Of a stretch of DNA of 64,000 nt, positions 1 to 7,869 are shown one piece after another. The notes beneath the pieces are model-generated. The model saw only the letters and a list, made by a program, of their open reading frames with translations, was not told the origin of the DNA and did no database searches. Positions within the stretch are counted from its first letter, which is position 1. The number at the start of each line of letters is the position of its first letter. The DNA comes from a virus. Lineage: Duplodnaviria; Caudoviricetes. The stretch is from positions 4,086-68,085 of IMG/VR virus record IMGVR_UViG_3300032030_000073. One strand, written 5' to 3'. A program made the translations under genes and the position numbers.

Positions 1-438
1 AGAGACCTCGAAGAGCGGGTCGCGGGCGTTGTTCACGACCTCCACGAAGCGCGACTTCGCGCCGCGCGTCTTGGTGGCCGTGAGGGACGTGAAGAGCTTT
101 TCCGCCGTCTTCCGGGGAATGATCGTAGACAGCGCGGCAAGCTGCTCTTCGGTAAAGCTGTTCGTGTTCGAGTCAAGCGCGTACTGGAGGCGTTCGGTCA
201 CGCCGGACGACGCGCGGAACGACACGTTGCGGCGCATGGCCGACGTGACGAGCGTCGCAAGGCGGCTCATCGGCTCGGCCTGCTCGGCCGGCGCGCCGTC
301 CTCGCCCGACGCGGCGCGAATTTCCTGAGCGGTCTGGACGGGCGACGGGGACGCAATGGCCTCGGCCCCCTGAGGGGCCGTCATGTTCCGCACGTCCGCC
401 GCAAGCGCCGCGCCGAATATTTGCTCCAATGCGTCCAT
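1..438 (-). CDS. Probable portal protein, N-terminal 146 aa (truncated by window edge)
   Basis: My translation MDALEQIFGAALAADVRN...SLTATKTRGAKSRFVEVVNNARDPLFEVS is open to position 1; lies immediately downstream of TerL. Confidence 0.6.
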   Translation of the reverse strand, partial: MDALEQIFGAALAADVRNMTAPQGAEAIASPSPVQTAQEIRAASGEDGAPAEQAEPMSRLATLVTSAMRRNVSFRASSGVTERLQYALDSNTNSFTEEQLAALSTIIPRKTAEKLFTSLTATKTRGAKSRFVEVVNNARDPLFEVS

Positions 439-445
439 GGCTCAA

Positions 446-475
446 ATCTTAAATCCGCTTTACCACCGCTTTACC
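446..475 (-). promoter_or_regulatory. Late-promoter-like motif, copy 1 (before portal)
   Basis: Minus strand GGTAAAG-CGGT-GGTAAAG-CGGATT-TAAGAT, then 7 nt to ATG. Confidence 0.6.
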
Positions 476-493
476 TCGCCTTTTCGCGAAAAT

Positions 494-2119
494 CTACACG
501 CACCCGAACACGCACCCGCCGACCGGCGCAGTGTCCATCTGCTGCGACGGCTGGAACCCGACGGCGGCGCCGCCGGGCAGGCTGTACGCAGCGCCGGCCC
601 CGCCCGTCGTGCCGACCACGACGTACTGCAAGGCGTCCGAGATGTGCGAGAACGGGGAATCCTTGTCGGGCTTGTCGTCGTAGCGCGACGAGCCGTCCGC
701 CGCCCGCATCTTCTTGTAGCAGTAGCCGCCGTTCATCGCCTCGCGGAGCGTCTTGCACTTCCGGGACATGAGGAACGCCGGGACGCCCTTGTAGATCTGG
801 CGCAGGATCGCGTCCACCGCCGTTATGCGCACCTTCACGTCGTTGTTCTTCAGCCCGTCCAGCGGCGAGATGCGGAGTCCCTTGCTCTGGAGGAACTGGT
901 AGGCCGACACGACGGACATCTCGGTCAAGTTCTTGCCGGTTGGGTCGCCGAACACGACGGCCGGCGTCTGCGGCCAGTTGAAGTCGCGGATGAGGCGCGG
1001 AATCAGCTGCTCGTCCACGAACGGCGGAACCATCTTGTTGAAGGCCGCCTCCTCGCCCAGCACCCGGAACTGCCCCATGCGCGTGCGCTGGCAGAACACG
1101 GCGGCGGGATTGCCGCCGAAGTCCATGCCGACGAGCGTCACCGTGCCGCGCTCGTGCGGCATCTCGTCGTCCGTGGAGTGGATGGCGTCCGAATAGGCAG
1201 GCCACACAGGAAGCCCGGCGCGGATCTTGCCGTACTCGTTCAGGAGCCGCCGCTTGATGTAGTCCTCGTCCGCGCCGATGAGCTGCTTCTCGTAGTAGTC
1301 CCACCCGTCCTGGAGGTTCTCGACGTTCTCACACACGCCGGACGTGCCGAACGCCGCGTGGCCCGCCTCGTCGTTGCGGACGTAGTACACGTCGCCGACT
1401 CGCTTGAACGTGCAGCCGCGCGGCGGCGGCTTCGTCGTGCGGATCATCGCCGGAGGCTGGATGAACCACAGCATCCTGTCCGGCTTCTCGACCTGCTCCA
1501 GCTGGTACCACCAGGACGAATCGACCGGCGTGTTCGTGTCCATCAGGATGCCGAACGAAAGCCCCTTCCAGCCCTGCGCCGACGCCCCCGGCGGCTTGAA
1601 GCGCCCAACGCGCTCCTGCACCTTGTGAATCAGCTCCCAGTCCTGCGCCGCCGCCTCGTTGAAGTACGCCCCCGAAAGCGAAAGACCGTCGATGTCGTTC
1701 ACGAACGTCGGCGCACCCGTCGCGTAGAACTCCAGCTCGATCCGAACCCACACGCCCTTCTCGCGGTCGTCGTCGCGCATGGACGGTATCTCGTACACGC
1801 CCCGGATCGGCGGCGACCAGTGCATCGTCATGTTCGGGCCGACGGGATGCCAGTCCAGCCAGTCGGGAATCGTCGTCTTCTGCAACGCCTGGAACGTGTC
1901 GCGGAACATCCCCCACCGCACCCAGCGGACCGTCTTCCCCGTCGCTGGGTCGAAGATCGGCGGCTGCATGTGCGACTTCATCACGATGTCCTGCTGGCAC
2001 ATGATCGTCTTACCGCACCCCGGAACGCCGCGCACCCCCTTGTACAGGAACGTCCCCGGCGCCGCCGAGTGGAACGCCTCGCCAGTCGGCGACGCCCTGT
2101 AGGTGAACTCCCGGCTCAT
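494..2119 (-). CDS. terL: Terminase large subunit
   Basis: Walker A GVPGCGKT, Walker B YFNEAA, RNase H-like nuclease motifs VGMDFG, FGDP and HISDALQY. Confidence 0.93.
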   Translation of the reverse strand: MSREFTYRASPTGEAFHSAAPGTFLYKGVRGVPGCGKTIMCQQDIVMKSHMQPPIFDPATGKTVRWVRWGMFRDTFQALQKTTIPDWLDWHPVGPNMTMHWSPPIRGVYEIPSMRDDDREKGVWVRIELEFYATGAPTFVNDIDGLSLSGAYFNEAAAQDWELIHKVQERVGRFKPPGASAQGWKGLSFGILMDTNTPVDSSWWYQLEQVEKPDRMLWFIQPPAMIRTTKPPPRGCTFKRVGDVYYVRNDEAGHAAFGTSGVCENVENLQDGWDYYEKQLIGADEDYIKRRLLNEYGKIRAGLPVWPAYSDAIHSTDDEMPHERGTVTLVGMDFGGNPAAVFCQRTRMGQFRVLGEEAAFNKMVPPFVDEQLIPRLIRDFNWPQTPAVVFGDPTGKNLTEMSVVSAYQFLQSKGLRISPLDGLKNNDVKVRITAVDAILRQIYKGVPAFLMSRKCKTLREAMNGGYCYKKMRAADGSSRYDDKPDKDSPFSHISDALQYVVVGTTGGAGAAYSLPGGAAVGFQPSQQMDTAPVGGCVFGCV

Positions 2120-2799
2120 ACGTCAATCGCCTCCGGCTCCGGCTTCGCAGCTATCCGCTCCGCCACGCCGGGCTGCGCGATTATCCACGTCGCCCTCATG
2201 TTCGGGAACGAGTACGTCACACTCTTCTTCGCGTCGGACGCGCCGCCACCCTCACCATCCCCGTAAACGTCCTTCATCGTCGCCTTCAGGCTCACCTCCA
2301 CCGCCTTCTGGTTCAGCTCGCAGCCCTCCTCCGTCACGAGCCGCATCTGGCTCTCCTGCGCAAGGCTCCCCGCCTCCTCCGCCAGAATCCGGTCCCGCTC
2401 CTTCCTGTTCCGGCTGATGTAGTCCATCACCAGCCACAGCTCCGGCCAGTAGTCCTTCCCGTCCGTGTAGTCCGAGATACGCGCCCCGCAACGGGCAAAA
2501 ACCCTCCGAATCCCAAGCGACCTCGCCGCCTCGAAGCAGTCCGCGTAGTACGCCACCAGCGCCTGCTTCACCTTGCCGCAGTCGGCATTCATCAGAAGCC
2601 CGCGCTCCTCCAGCCGCCGCCATTTCTTCTCCGCCACGTGCCGCCGCTTCTCCAGTGAAGTGACGCCATTCTCGTCAAGCCCGGCCTCCGCCCGCTCGAC
2701 AAGCTCGTCCCATGTCACCGACGGCACAGGCGCCTCGGACGACGCCGATCCCGACGCCGCAGCATTCTTCACCCGCTTAGTGTTCGCTTTTTTCGCCAT
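2116..2799 (-). CDS. Probable terminase small subunit
   Basis: Directly upstream of and overlapping terL by 4 nt; helical, about 227 aa; call is mainly by synteny. Confidence 0.55.
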   Translation of the reverse strand: MAKKANTKRVKNAAASGSASSEAPVPSVTWDELVERAEAGLDENGVTSLEKRRHVAEKKWRRLEERGLLMNADCGKVKQALVAYYADCFEAARSLGIRRVFARCGARISDYTDGKDYWPELWLVMDYISRNRKERDRILAEEAGSLAQESQMRLVTEEGCELNQKAVEVSLKATMKDVYGDGEGGGASDAKKSVTYSFPNMRATWIIAQPGVAERIAAKPEPEAIDV

Positions 2800-2809
2800 G
2801 GCGGCGAAC

Positions 2810-2839
2810 ACTATAACTTCACTTTACCTCCGCTTTACC
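2810..2839 (-). promoter_or_regulatory. Late-promoter-like motif, copy 2 (before terS)
   Basis: Minus strand GGTAAAG-CGGA-GGTAAAG-TGAAGT-TATAGT. Confidence 0.6.
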
Positions 2840-2944
2840 TATTTTTCGGCGGAATCCGTGTGCAGACACCCACTTCGCCCATCGCCGCCCCGCCATTCCC
2901 CCATACCCAAGCCCCTAAACCCACCTTGCCACAGAAGCGCGAAA

Positions 2945-3022
2945 AACGCCCCTAGAATCGCTCCGCGCTGCTCGGACGTATCATTTGCCGTCCAGACCGC
3001 TCCGCGCGCTCCTAGGGGCGTT
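2945..3022. repeat. 11-bp inverted repeat enclosing a 10-bp direct repeat
   Basis: AACGCCCCTAG (2945-2955) / CTAGGGGCGTT (3012-3022); CGCTCCGCGC twice inside. Confidence 0.6.
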
Positions 3023-3485
3023 CTTGCCGCGTTCTAGCGAATCTACCGCCCGTTCCGCCATTCACATACACACGGGGGCCCCCACGAGGCTACTCGGCCC
3101 CGGCCCCGCGCCGACACCCACCTGCGCCCCCATACCCGGTACGGCGGGGGCCGATGACGGCGCGGCGGCGCATCCATCGATCTGCGCTCGCGGCTCCGTG
3201 CGTCGGTGTTACGCTGCTCTGCGCTCTGCGATTGCGAGGGATTGCGCTCTGCGCCTGCCCTCGATTGCGCCGCTCTGCGCGTGGTGGAGGGTATCTAACC
3301 CTCCGCAGATTGGCAGAAATCCCAAACAAACGCCCATGCCAGACCGCACAGCCTTGCCAACTCGCAACAATCTCGCAAAAATCCCGCAGCCAACCCGCCG
3401 AGGACGGCACGGACGATCGATTGTCCAACGCGTGGCATGGTCCATCCTGGACGTCAACCAGTCAAATCCGGCAGCCGATCTATCG

Positions 3486-3567
3486 CATTTGTGACAGATT
3501 TCAGAATTGTGTCACAAATGAAGGCGGGCGGATGCCGTTTGTGACAAAATCCGCGAATGTGTCACAA
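3486..3567. repeat. Two tandem dyad sites TTGTGACA-N13-TGTCACAA, 50 bp apart
   Basis: CATTTGTGACA 3486-3496 / TGTCACAAATG 3510-3520; TTGTGACA 3539-3546 / TGTCACAA 3560-3567; both spacers 13 nt. Confidence 0.85.
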
Positions 3568-3641
3568 CACGGGAGCGCGCGCAAACGCCACAAACGCGAG
3601 ACCCGGCCTTATCGCGGAAAAACGGCCTCAAATATGCCGTT

Positions 3642-3972
3642 GGGCAGGGCGGGCAGACTTCGGACATGGCGACCCTGCCCAGAAATGCGACAAAAATAAT
3701 ACGGGAATGTAAGAAAATGTGAGATATTGCACAAAAACAGCTCTGGGCAGGGTGGACATACCCCGCTATCACGCGCGTACGTGCGCGTATAAAGCCGCCG
3801 TGACGCATTATAGGCCATCGGCCAACTATAGATTTTCTCACGCGTACGCGTATATAGTAGGTCTGCCCAGTCTGTCCAATGGCTATATCGGTATAGTATT
3901 GGGTGATTTTTGGCCGATAATTGCAATTATATCGGACAGGGCAGGTCTGCCCACGGTCTGCCCACCCTGTCC
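3642..3972. repeat. Iteron-like CTGCCC/GGGCAG cluster with palindromes (candidate ori or pac)
   Basis: 8 copies at 3642, 3651, 3675, 3745, 3863, 3939, 3947 and 3958, plus CTGTCC variants; palindromes ACGCGTACGCGT and ATAATTGCAATTAT (3917-3930). Confidence 0.6.
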
Positions 3973-4355
3973 AGATTTTGGGCGTTTGGCGATTTTGTGT
4001 GCGAAGAGCGGCAATTTGATTTTTGGCAGCGAGAGCGACGGTTTTGGCCGCTCGCGCTGGTATGAGGCGGAGGGCGGAGCGCATCCCCTAATATACCCCT
4101 AATATGGTACGCGCGTGCGCGTGGGCGTAGCGCGTGCGCGACATAGGGATGAAGATAGTAAGAGGAAGGGTTGGGAATTGATCGGTGGTGGATTTGACGC
4201 CCTGGGCGCCGCCCCGCGCTGGATGACGGGGGAGCGGGGGCCGGGATCGGGCGCAGAGCGTGCGCGGCCCGGGCCGTTATAATGCGCTTGTTTATATTTG
4301 TATATTGGCGAAATTGGGAGAAATAAGAAAAGTGAAATTTTTTGCGGTTGCCCCC

Positions 4356-4384
4356 TTGCGCGGTGGCCGTGGATTTGATATACT
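4356..4384 (+). promoter_or_regulatory. Sigma70-type early promoter
   Basis: TTGCGC-17 nt-TATACT with extended TG and an AT-rich UP-like tract at 4321-4345. Confidence 0.8.
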
Positions 4385-4407
4385 GTTGGCGTTCCCCCGT
4401 GATGGGG

Positions 4408-4527
4408 CTTGCGAGCTAGAAGGCGCAAGGCATGAAGCGAACACAACCGATTTTAGCCGGTTGCACGTCGGGCGAAAGCCCCCTTCTAGCGTGCAACCGG
4501 CTAATCTGCTAAATGGAGCTAGAAGGC
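4408..4527 (+). ncRNA. Structured leader / antisense-RNA switch, copy 1
   Basis: Hairpin CTTGCG-AGCTAGAAGG-CGCAAG; 15-bp perfect stem 4453-4467/4490-4504 with inner GGGC-GAAA-GCCC hairpin and bulge CCTTCTAGC; GAGCTAGAAGGC repeated at the RBS. Confidence 0.68.
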
Positions 4528-4528
4528 C

Positions 4529-4882
4529 ATGGAAGCGAAGAACGAGACGGCGGGAGAGACCGCGACGGCGAGCGGGGCGCGGGTGCGCCTCGATGACATC
4601 AGGGCGGAGCAGATCGCATTTTTGCCCGATTATGTGATAGTTAGGGGGCAGCTGTACTATCGTATTGTATGGACATATGCGGGCGAGGGTGACAACCTGG
4701 AGCGCGTCGGCTGGGGTTGGATCAACCTCGCCGGGCTGCCGCAGTGGGCAACGCCCGGTTGTGGCTCTGCGCGTCGTGGTGCGTTTGTTTTGGGCGACGT
4801 GCACCGGCGTGGCGCGGCCAACACTCGCCACGGCTGGGATCTGCTGATTGATTCCATTTCGGAAGAGGGGAGGGCCGAATAA
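4529..4882 (+). CDS. Hypothetical early protein (N-terminal TAGETA motif)
   Basis: 117 aa, first ORF after the promoter; stop overlaps the next ATG. Confidence 0.65.
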   Translation: MEAKNETAGETATASGARVRLDDIRAEQIAFLPDYVIVRGQLYYRIVWTYAGEGDNLERVGWGWINLAGLPQWATPGCGSARRGAFVLGDVHRRGAANTRHGWDLLIDSISEEGRAE

Positions 4883-5616
4883 TGGCTAAGATCCTCTATT
4901 TCGAGGGCGCGGGAAGCGCGACGGCTGAAAGCGTGGCCGCTGGCGTCGGCAATTGCCGAATCCGCACGGCGTTTCACACGGCGGACGGGCGGCGGGTTTA
5001 CCTGGAAATCTGGGGGAACGAGCGAGGAAAGCACAATGCAAATGCCTGGAAGTGCAAAACGGACATAGCGTGCTATGTAGACTTTGCGCATTATATCACG
5101 GGCAATTCGGAAGATTGCAATCTGCACCGGCTCCCATTCGAGCGCAAGGACGTTTGCGCGATCCCTTACACTCCAGAGGGCATTTTGTCAATCGTCCGCA
5201 AATGCGGCGGCGATTTCAACGCCGTGCGCGTCCTGCCGGATCTGGCCGGGTATCGCGTCCACGCTGACGATTACGGCTATAATTACGGCGACGAGTTCGC
5301 GCCGGACTGGGCCGCGATCGAGAAACGCGAGAAAATCGCGGCAGAATGCGACAGGCTGGAATATGCCGCACGCAAACGCGACGCCGAGAAGGGCGCGCGC
5401 AAATGGGTAAACTCTCCGAGCGGGCGCATTTTCACGAATGGGAGCGTTTGCGTCGATTCTGACAGGGCCAATATTTTGCATTGGCACCTGTGCGGCGGCG
5501 AGTCTGCCGGAGACCACGAAATCGACATAAACGCGGGCGAAACCGCGGCTGAATGCGTGCGCGCGGCCATGTCCTGGAACGCGGCGACATACGGCGATTT
5601 TTCCGCCGTCGCCTGA
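4882..5616 (+). CDS. Hypothetical phage protein
   Basis: 244 aa, RBS GGAGGG, translationally coupled; starts MAKILYFEGAG...NCRIRTAF. Confidence 0.75.
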   Translation: MAKILYFEGAGSATAESVAAGVGNCRIRTAFHTADGRRVYLEIWGNERGKHNANAWKCKTDIACYVDFAHYITGNSEDCNLHRLPFERKDVCAIPYTPEGILSIVRKCGGDFNAVRVLPDLAGYRVHADDYGYNYGDEFAPDWAAIEKREKIAAECDRLEYAARKRDAEKGARKWVNSPSGRIFTNGSVCVDSDRANILHWHLCGGESAGDHEIDINAGETAAECVRAAMSWNAATYGDFSAVA

Positions 5617-5712
5617 CGCCGTGCGCCGTGCCGGACGCGTCCGCTCCATGAGGCGGGCGGGCGCGCTCCGGCGGGCGAAACAATCATCAATCAGAGAGAA
5701 GGAGTTTTTATC

Positions 5713-5919
5713 ATGGCCAAAAAATTCATTTTGGATATTTATAGTGGCGAAAGCTACGACAAGAAAAAGCATTTCCCAAAGGTCTGCTTTTGGTCTGATG
5801 ATCGTTGCAGATACTGGGGCTGGATTTATGGCGCGAACGGGGAAATAGAAGGCGATTTTTCGGCAGAATCAATGCAGATCGCAGAAAAGCGGCTTGGCGT
5901 AAAGTTTTCGAAGGGCTGA
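5713..5919 (+). CDS. Hypothetical protein
   Basis: 68 aa, RBS AAGGAG. Confidence 0.7.
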   Translation: MAKKFILDIYSGESYDKKKHFPKVCFWSDDRCRYWGWIYGANGEIEGDFSAESMQIAEKRLGVKFSKG

Positions 5920-5922
5920 ACA

Positions 5923-6024
5923 ATGTACGAGAAACTTGAAGCCGTAATTGTGCTGGCGTGGCTTGCGTGGCCGTTCGTGTGGATGGCCGTGGACTTCTTC
6001 CGCGAGGAATGCCGCAGACGCTAA
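5923..6024 (+). CDS. Small membrane peptide (33 aa)
   Basis: MYEKLEAVIVLAWLAWPFVWMAVDFFREECRRR; one hydrophobic helix; below the ORF-track cutoff. Confidence 0.45.
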   Translation: MYEKLEAVIVLAWLAWPFVWMAVDFFREECRRR

Positions 6025-6052
6025 AATCAACCCCAAAGAAAGGAAACAAACC

Positions 6053-6313
6053 ATGAAACAGGAATCAATGAACCTCGAATCTCAGGCGAGCTGTGACTAC
6101 GCCGAGAGGATTGCGCGAATTACGCCGGAGCGACTTGGCACGATACGGACGGCCCAGGCCGACAGGTCGGCGCGCTTCCACGCCGCGCGGCGGGTGCTGG
6201 AGAAGCTCAAGGCGTGGCGGACGGATTACGCCATTTATCCGCTTGAACGGCTGGAGGAAGTCGCGGAGCGTGCGCGGGAAGTCGCGGACGCGAAGTCTAA
6301 AAAGAGCGTATAA
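6053..6313 (+). CDS. Hypothetical protein
   Basis: 86 aa from ATG 6053 after AAAGGA RBS. Confidence 0.6.
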   Translation: MKQESMNLESQASCDYAERIARITPERLGTIRTAQADRSARFHAARRVLEKLKAWRTDYAIYPLERLEEVAERAREVADAKSKKSV

Positions 6314-6331
6314 AGCAAAGAGGGCGAAATT

Positions 6332-6538
6332 ATGGAAAAAGAAATTACACGTTTCGAGGATCTAGAGGAGGCGGGCTACTGCGCCACATGCCTACATTGT
6401 CGCGGGATCGATGACAACACCGACCAGTGCATTTGCACGTTAGGCGACAGCCACGCGAACTGGCGCAACAATCCAGGCGACGAAAAATGCCCACGCTGGG
6501 AGGCTGATGCGATCATGTGCTCGATCATGATGTGCTAG
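6332..6538 (+). CDS. Small Cys-rich protein
   Basis: 68 aa, CATCLHC...CICT...CPRW. Confidence 0.6.
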   Translation: MEKEITRFEDLEEAGYCATCLHCRGIDDNTDQCICTLGDSHANWRNNPGDEKCPRWEADAIMCSIMMC

Positions 6539-6639
6539 ATTAGCCGAAACGCCGGATGCGTCCGGCGTCTGCGCAGGGGCGGCAACCCGCGCACCGACGA
6601 GGCAAGCCAAACAAACAACCAACCGAAAGGAAAAAGAAG

Positions 6640-7146
6640 ATGAACGAAGAAACCACCAACGAAACCCGCACGACAATCTGCCACCCTGCGCCGTCCGGCA
6701 AGGGGAGCGCGTTGCGCTTCACGCTCCACCCCGCCCACGGCAACGTGTCCGGCTGTGTCATGTTCGAGATTGCAAAGCAGAAAACAGCCGTTTCTGTGAC
6801 AGGCGAAACGCCCATGCCCGTGTTCGACTGGGACAACGCGATTGTAATGAAACTCTGCGTGAGCGACCTTGCGCAAATGCTCATGGTCTTTCGCGGGTAT
6901 CAGGAATCAATAGCCGACGGTAAGGGACTGTTCCACCGCACCGCCACGGCGAACGCTGTAATCAAATTTTCGCACGTGATCGAGCCGCGTCCCGGCTATC
7001 TGTTCAGCGTCAGCAAAAAACCGCTTGACGGCAAGTTGACGGATGCGTTTTTCGTGTTCCGCCCCGAGGAGGCGTATTGGTTTTCTAGGGCCCTCGAGGG
7101 CGCAATGTCTGCGCTCGTGTTCGGCGTGCCGTCTGTCAGGGCATAA
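6640..7146 (+). CDS. Whirly-like ssDNA-binding protein
   Basis: 168 aa; FDWDNAIVMKLCVSDLAQML and GLFHRT...VIKF resemble the Whirly-type signature. Confidence 0.5.
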   Translation: MNEETTNETRTTICHPAPSGKGSALRFTLHPAHGNVSGCVMFEIAKQKTAVSVTGETPMPVFDWDNAIVMKLCVSDLAQMLMVFRGYQESIADGKGLFHRTATANAVIKFSHVIEPRPGYLFSVSKKPLDGKLTDAFFVFRPEEAYWFSRALEGAMSALVFGVPSVRA

Positions 7147-7160
7147 CCGCCAACAACCAC

Positions 7161-7197
7161 AAAAAAGCCCATGCCGTAGGATTTCTACGGCATGGGC
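7161..7197 (-). terminator. Intrinsic terminator facing the minus strand
   Basis: 13-bp perfect stem GCCCATGCCGTAG/CTACGGCATGGGC with A6 on the plus-strand 5' side (U6 on minus). Confidence 0.7.
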
Positions 7198-7214
7198 AGA
7201 AAGGATAAGAGAAA

Positions 7215-7574
7215 ATGAGAACGCAAACAGTAATTATCATTCCTTCGGAGCTGGCTGAAAGTTCCGAGAAACTACACGAACTGGGCGGGCCGTCGGATGA
7301 TTACACGGTGGCGGACGTCGTGAAGGATACTGTGATGATGTACAATCACGTTATTTGGCCGTATGGCGAAATATCCGGGAGCGACTTTGAGCGGCTTCTG
7401 CGCAATGTCTACGCGCCGTCGGTGCGTCTTGATTATGCGTGTGCCGCGTGCGCGTGGATTGGTAAGATCAAGCGTACAGGGTCTGGCGTGGAGTGTTCGC
7501 CCGTGTTCGCGCCTTGGAAGATGGAGTTACTGAAAGTCTCGGATTATGGCAAGTCCTGGAGGGCCGCGAAATGA
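7215..7574 (+). CDS. Hypothetical protein
   Basis: 119 aa with RBS. Confidence 0.65.
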   Translation: MRTQTVIIIPSELAESSEKLHELGGPSDDYTVADVVKDTVMMYNHVIWPYGEISGSDFERLLRNVYAPSVRLDYACAACAWIGKIKRTGSGVECSPVFAPWKMELLKVSDYGKSWRAAK

Positions 7575-7686
7575 GAAACGGAACGGAAAACGGAAAGCAA
7601 AAAGGGCACGCGAAGTGCCGGAAAGCGAGTAAGGAAATGAGAAACAGGCTGAGAAATGTTGAAATCAAGGAAAGCGAGGTGCGCGC

Positions 7687-7869
7687 ATGAACTACCTGAA
7701 GGAGCATTGGTGCACGTTGTCGCTCATGTCCGCGTCTGTCGCGCCGTTCGCGGGGTGGTGCGCGTGCGACAATCTGCCGACCGTTTCCTGCGTCCCGGTT
7801 GCCGTAACTGCCGTGTGCGGCGTCGCGCTGGGCGTCATGCAGTTGTGCGGAATGACGGAGGTGGAATGA
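7687..7869 (+). CDS. Small hydrophobic protein
   Basis: 60 aa, RBS GAGGT, coupled stop/start. Confidence 0.5.
   Translation: MNYLKEHWCTLSLMSASVAPFAGWCACDNLPTVSCVPVAVTAVCGVALGVMQLCGMTEVE

Noticed and set aside
383-2266. 627-aa plus-strand ORF
   Set aside because: Antisense shadow of terL; Arg/Leu/Val-rich composition typical of the reverse frame of GC-rich genes, with no motifs
3490-3516. CRP/FNR site (TGTGA...TCACA)
   Set aside because: The half-sites are 17 nt apart rather than 6, so it is not a CRP box; kept as an unknown dyad
2985-4446. Several 100-190 aa ORFs on both strands in the control region
   Set aside because: No RBS, mutually overlapping, low-complexity translations of repeats; the region reads as non-coding
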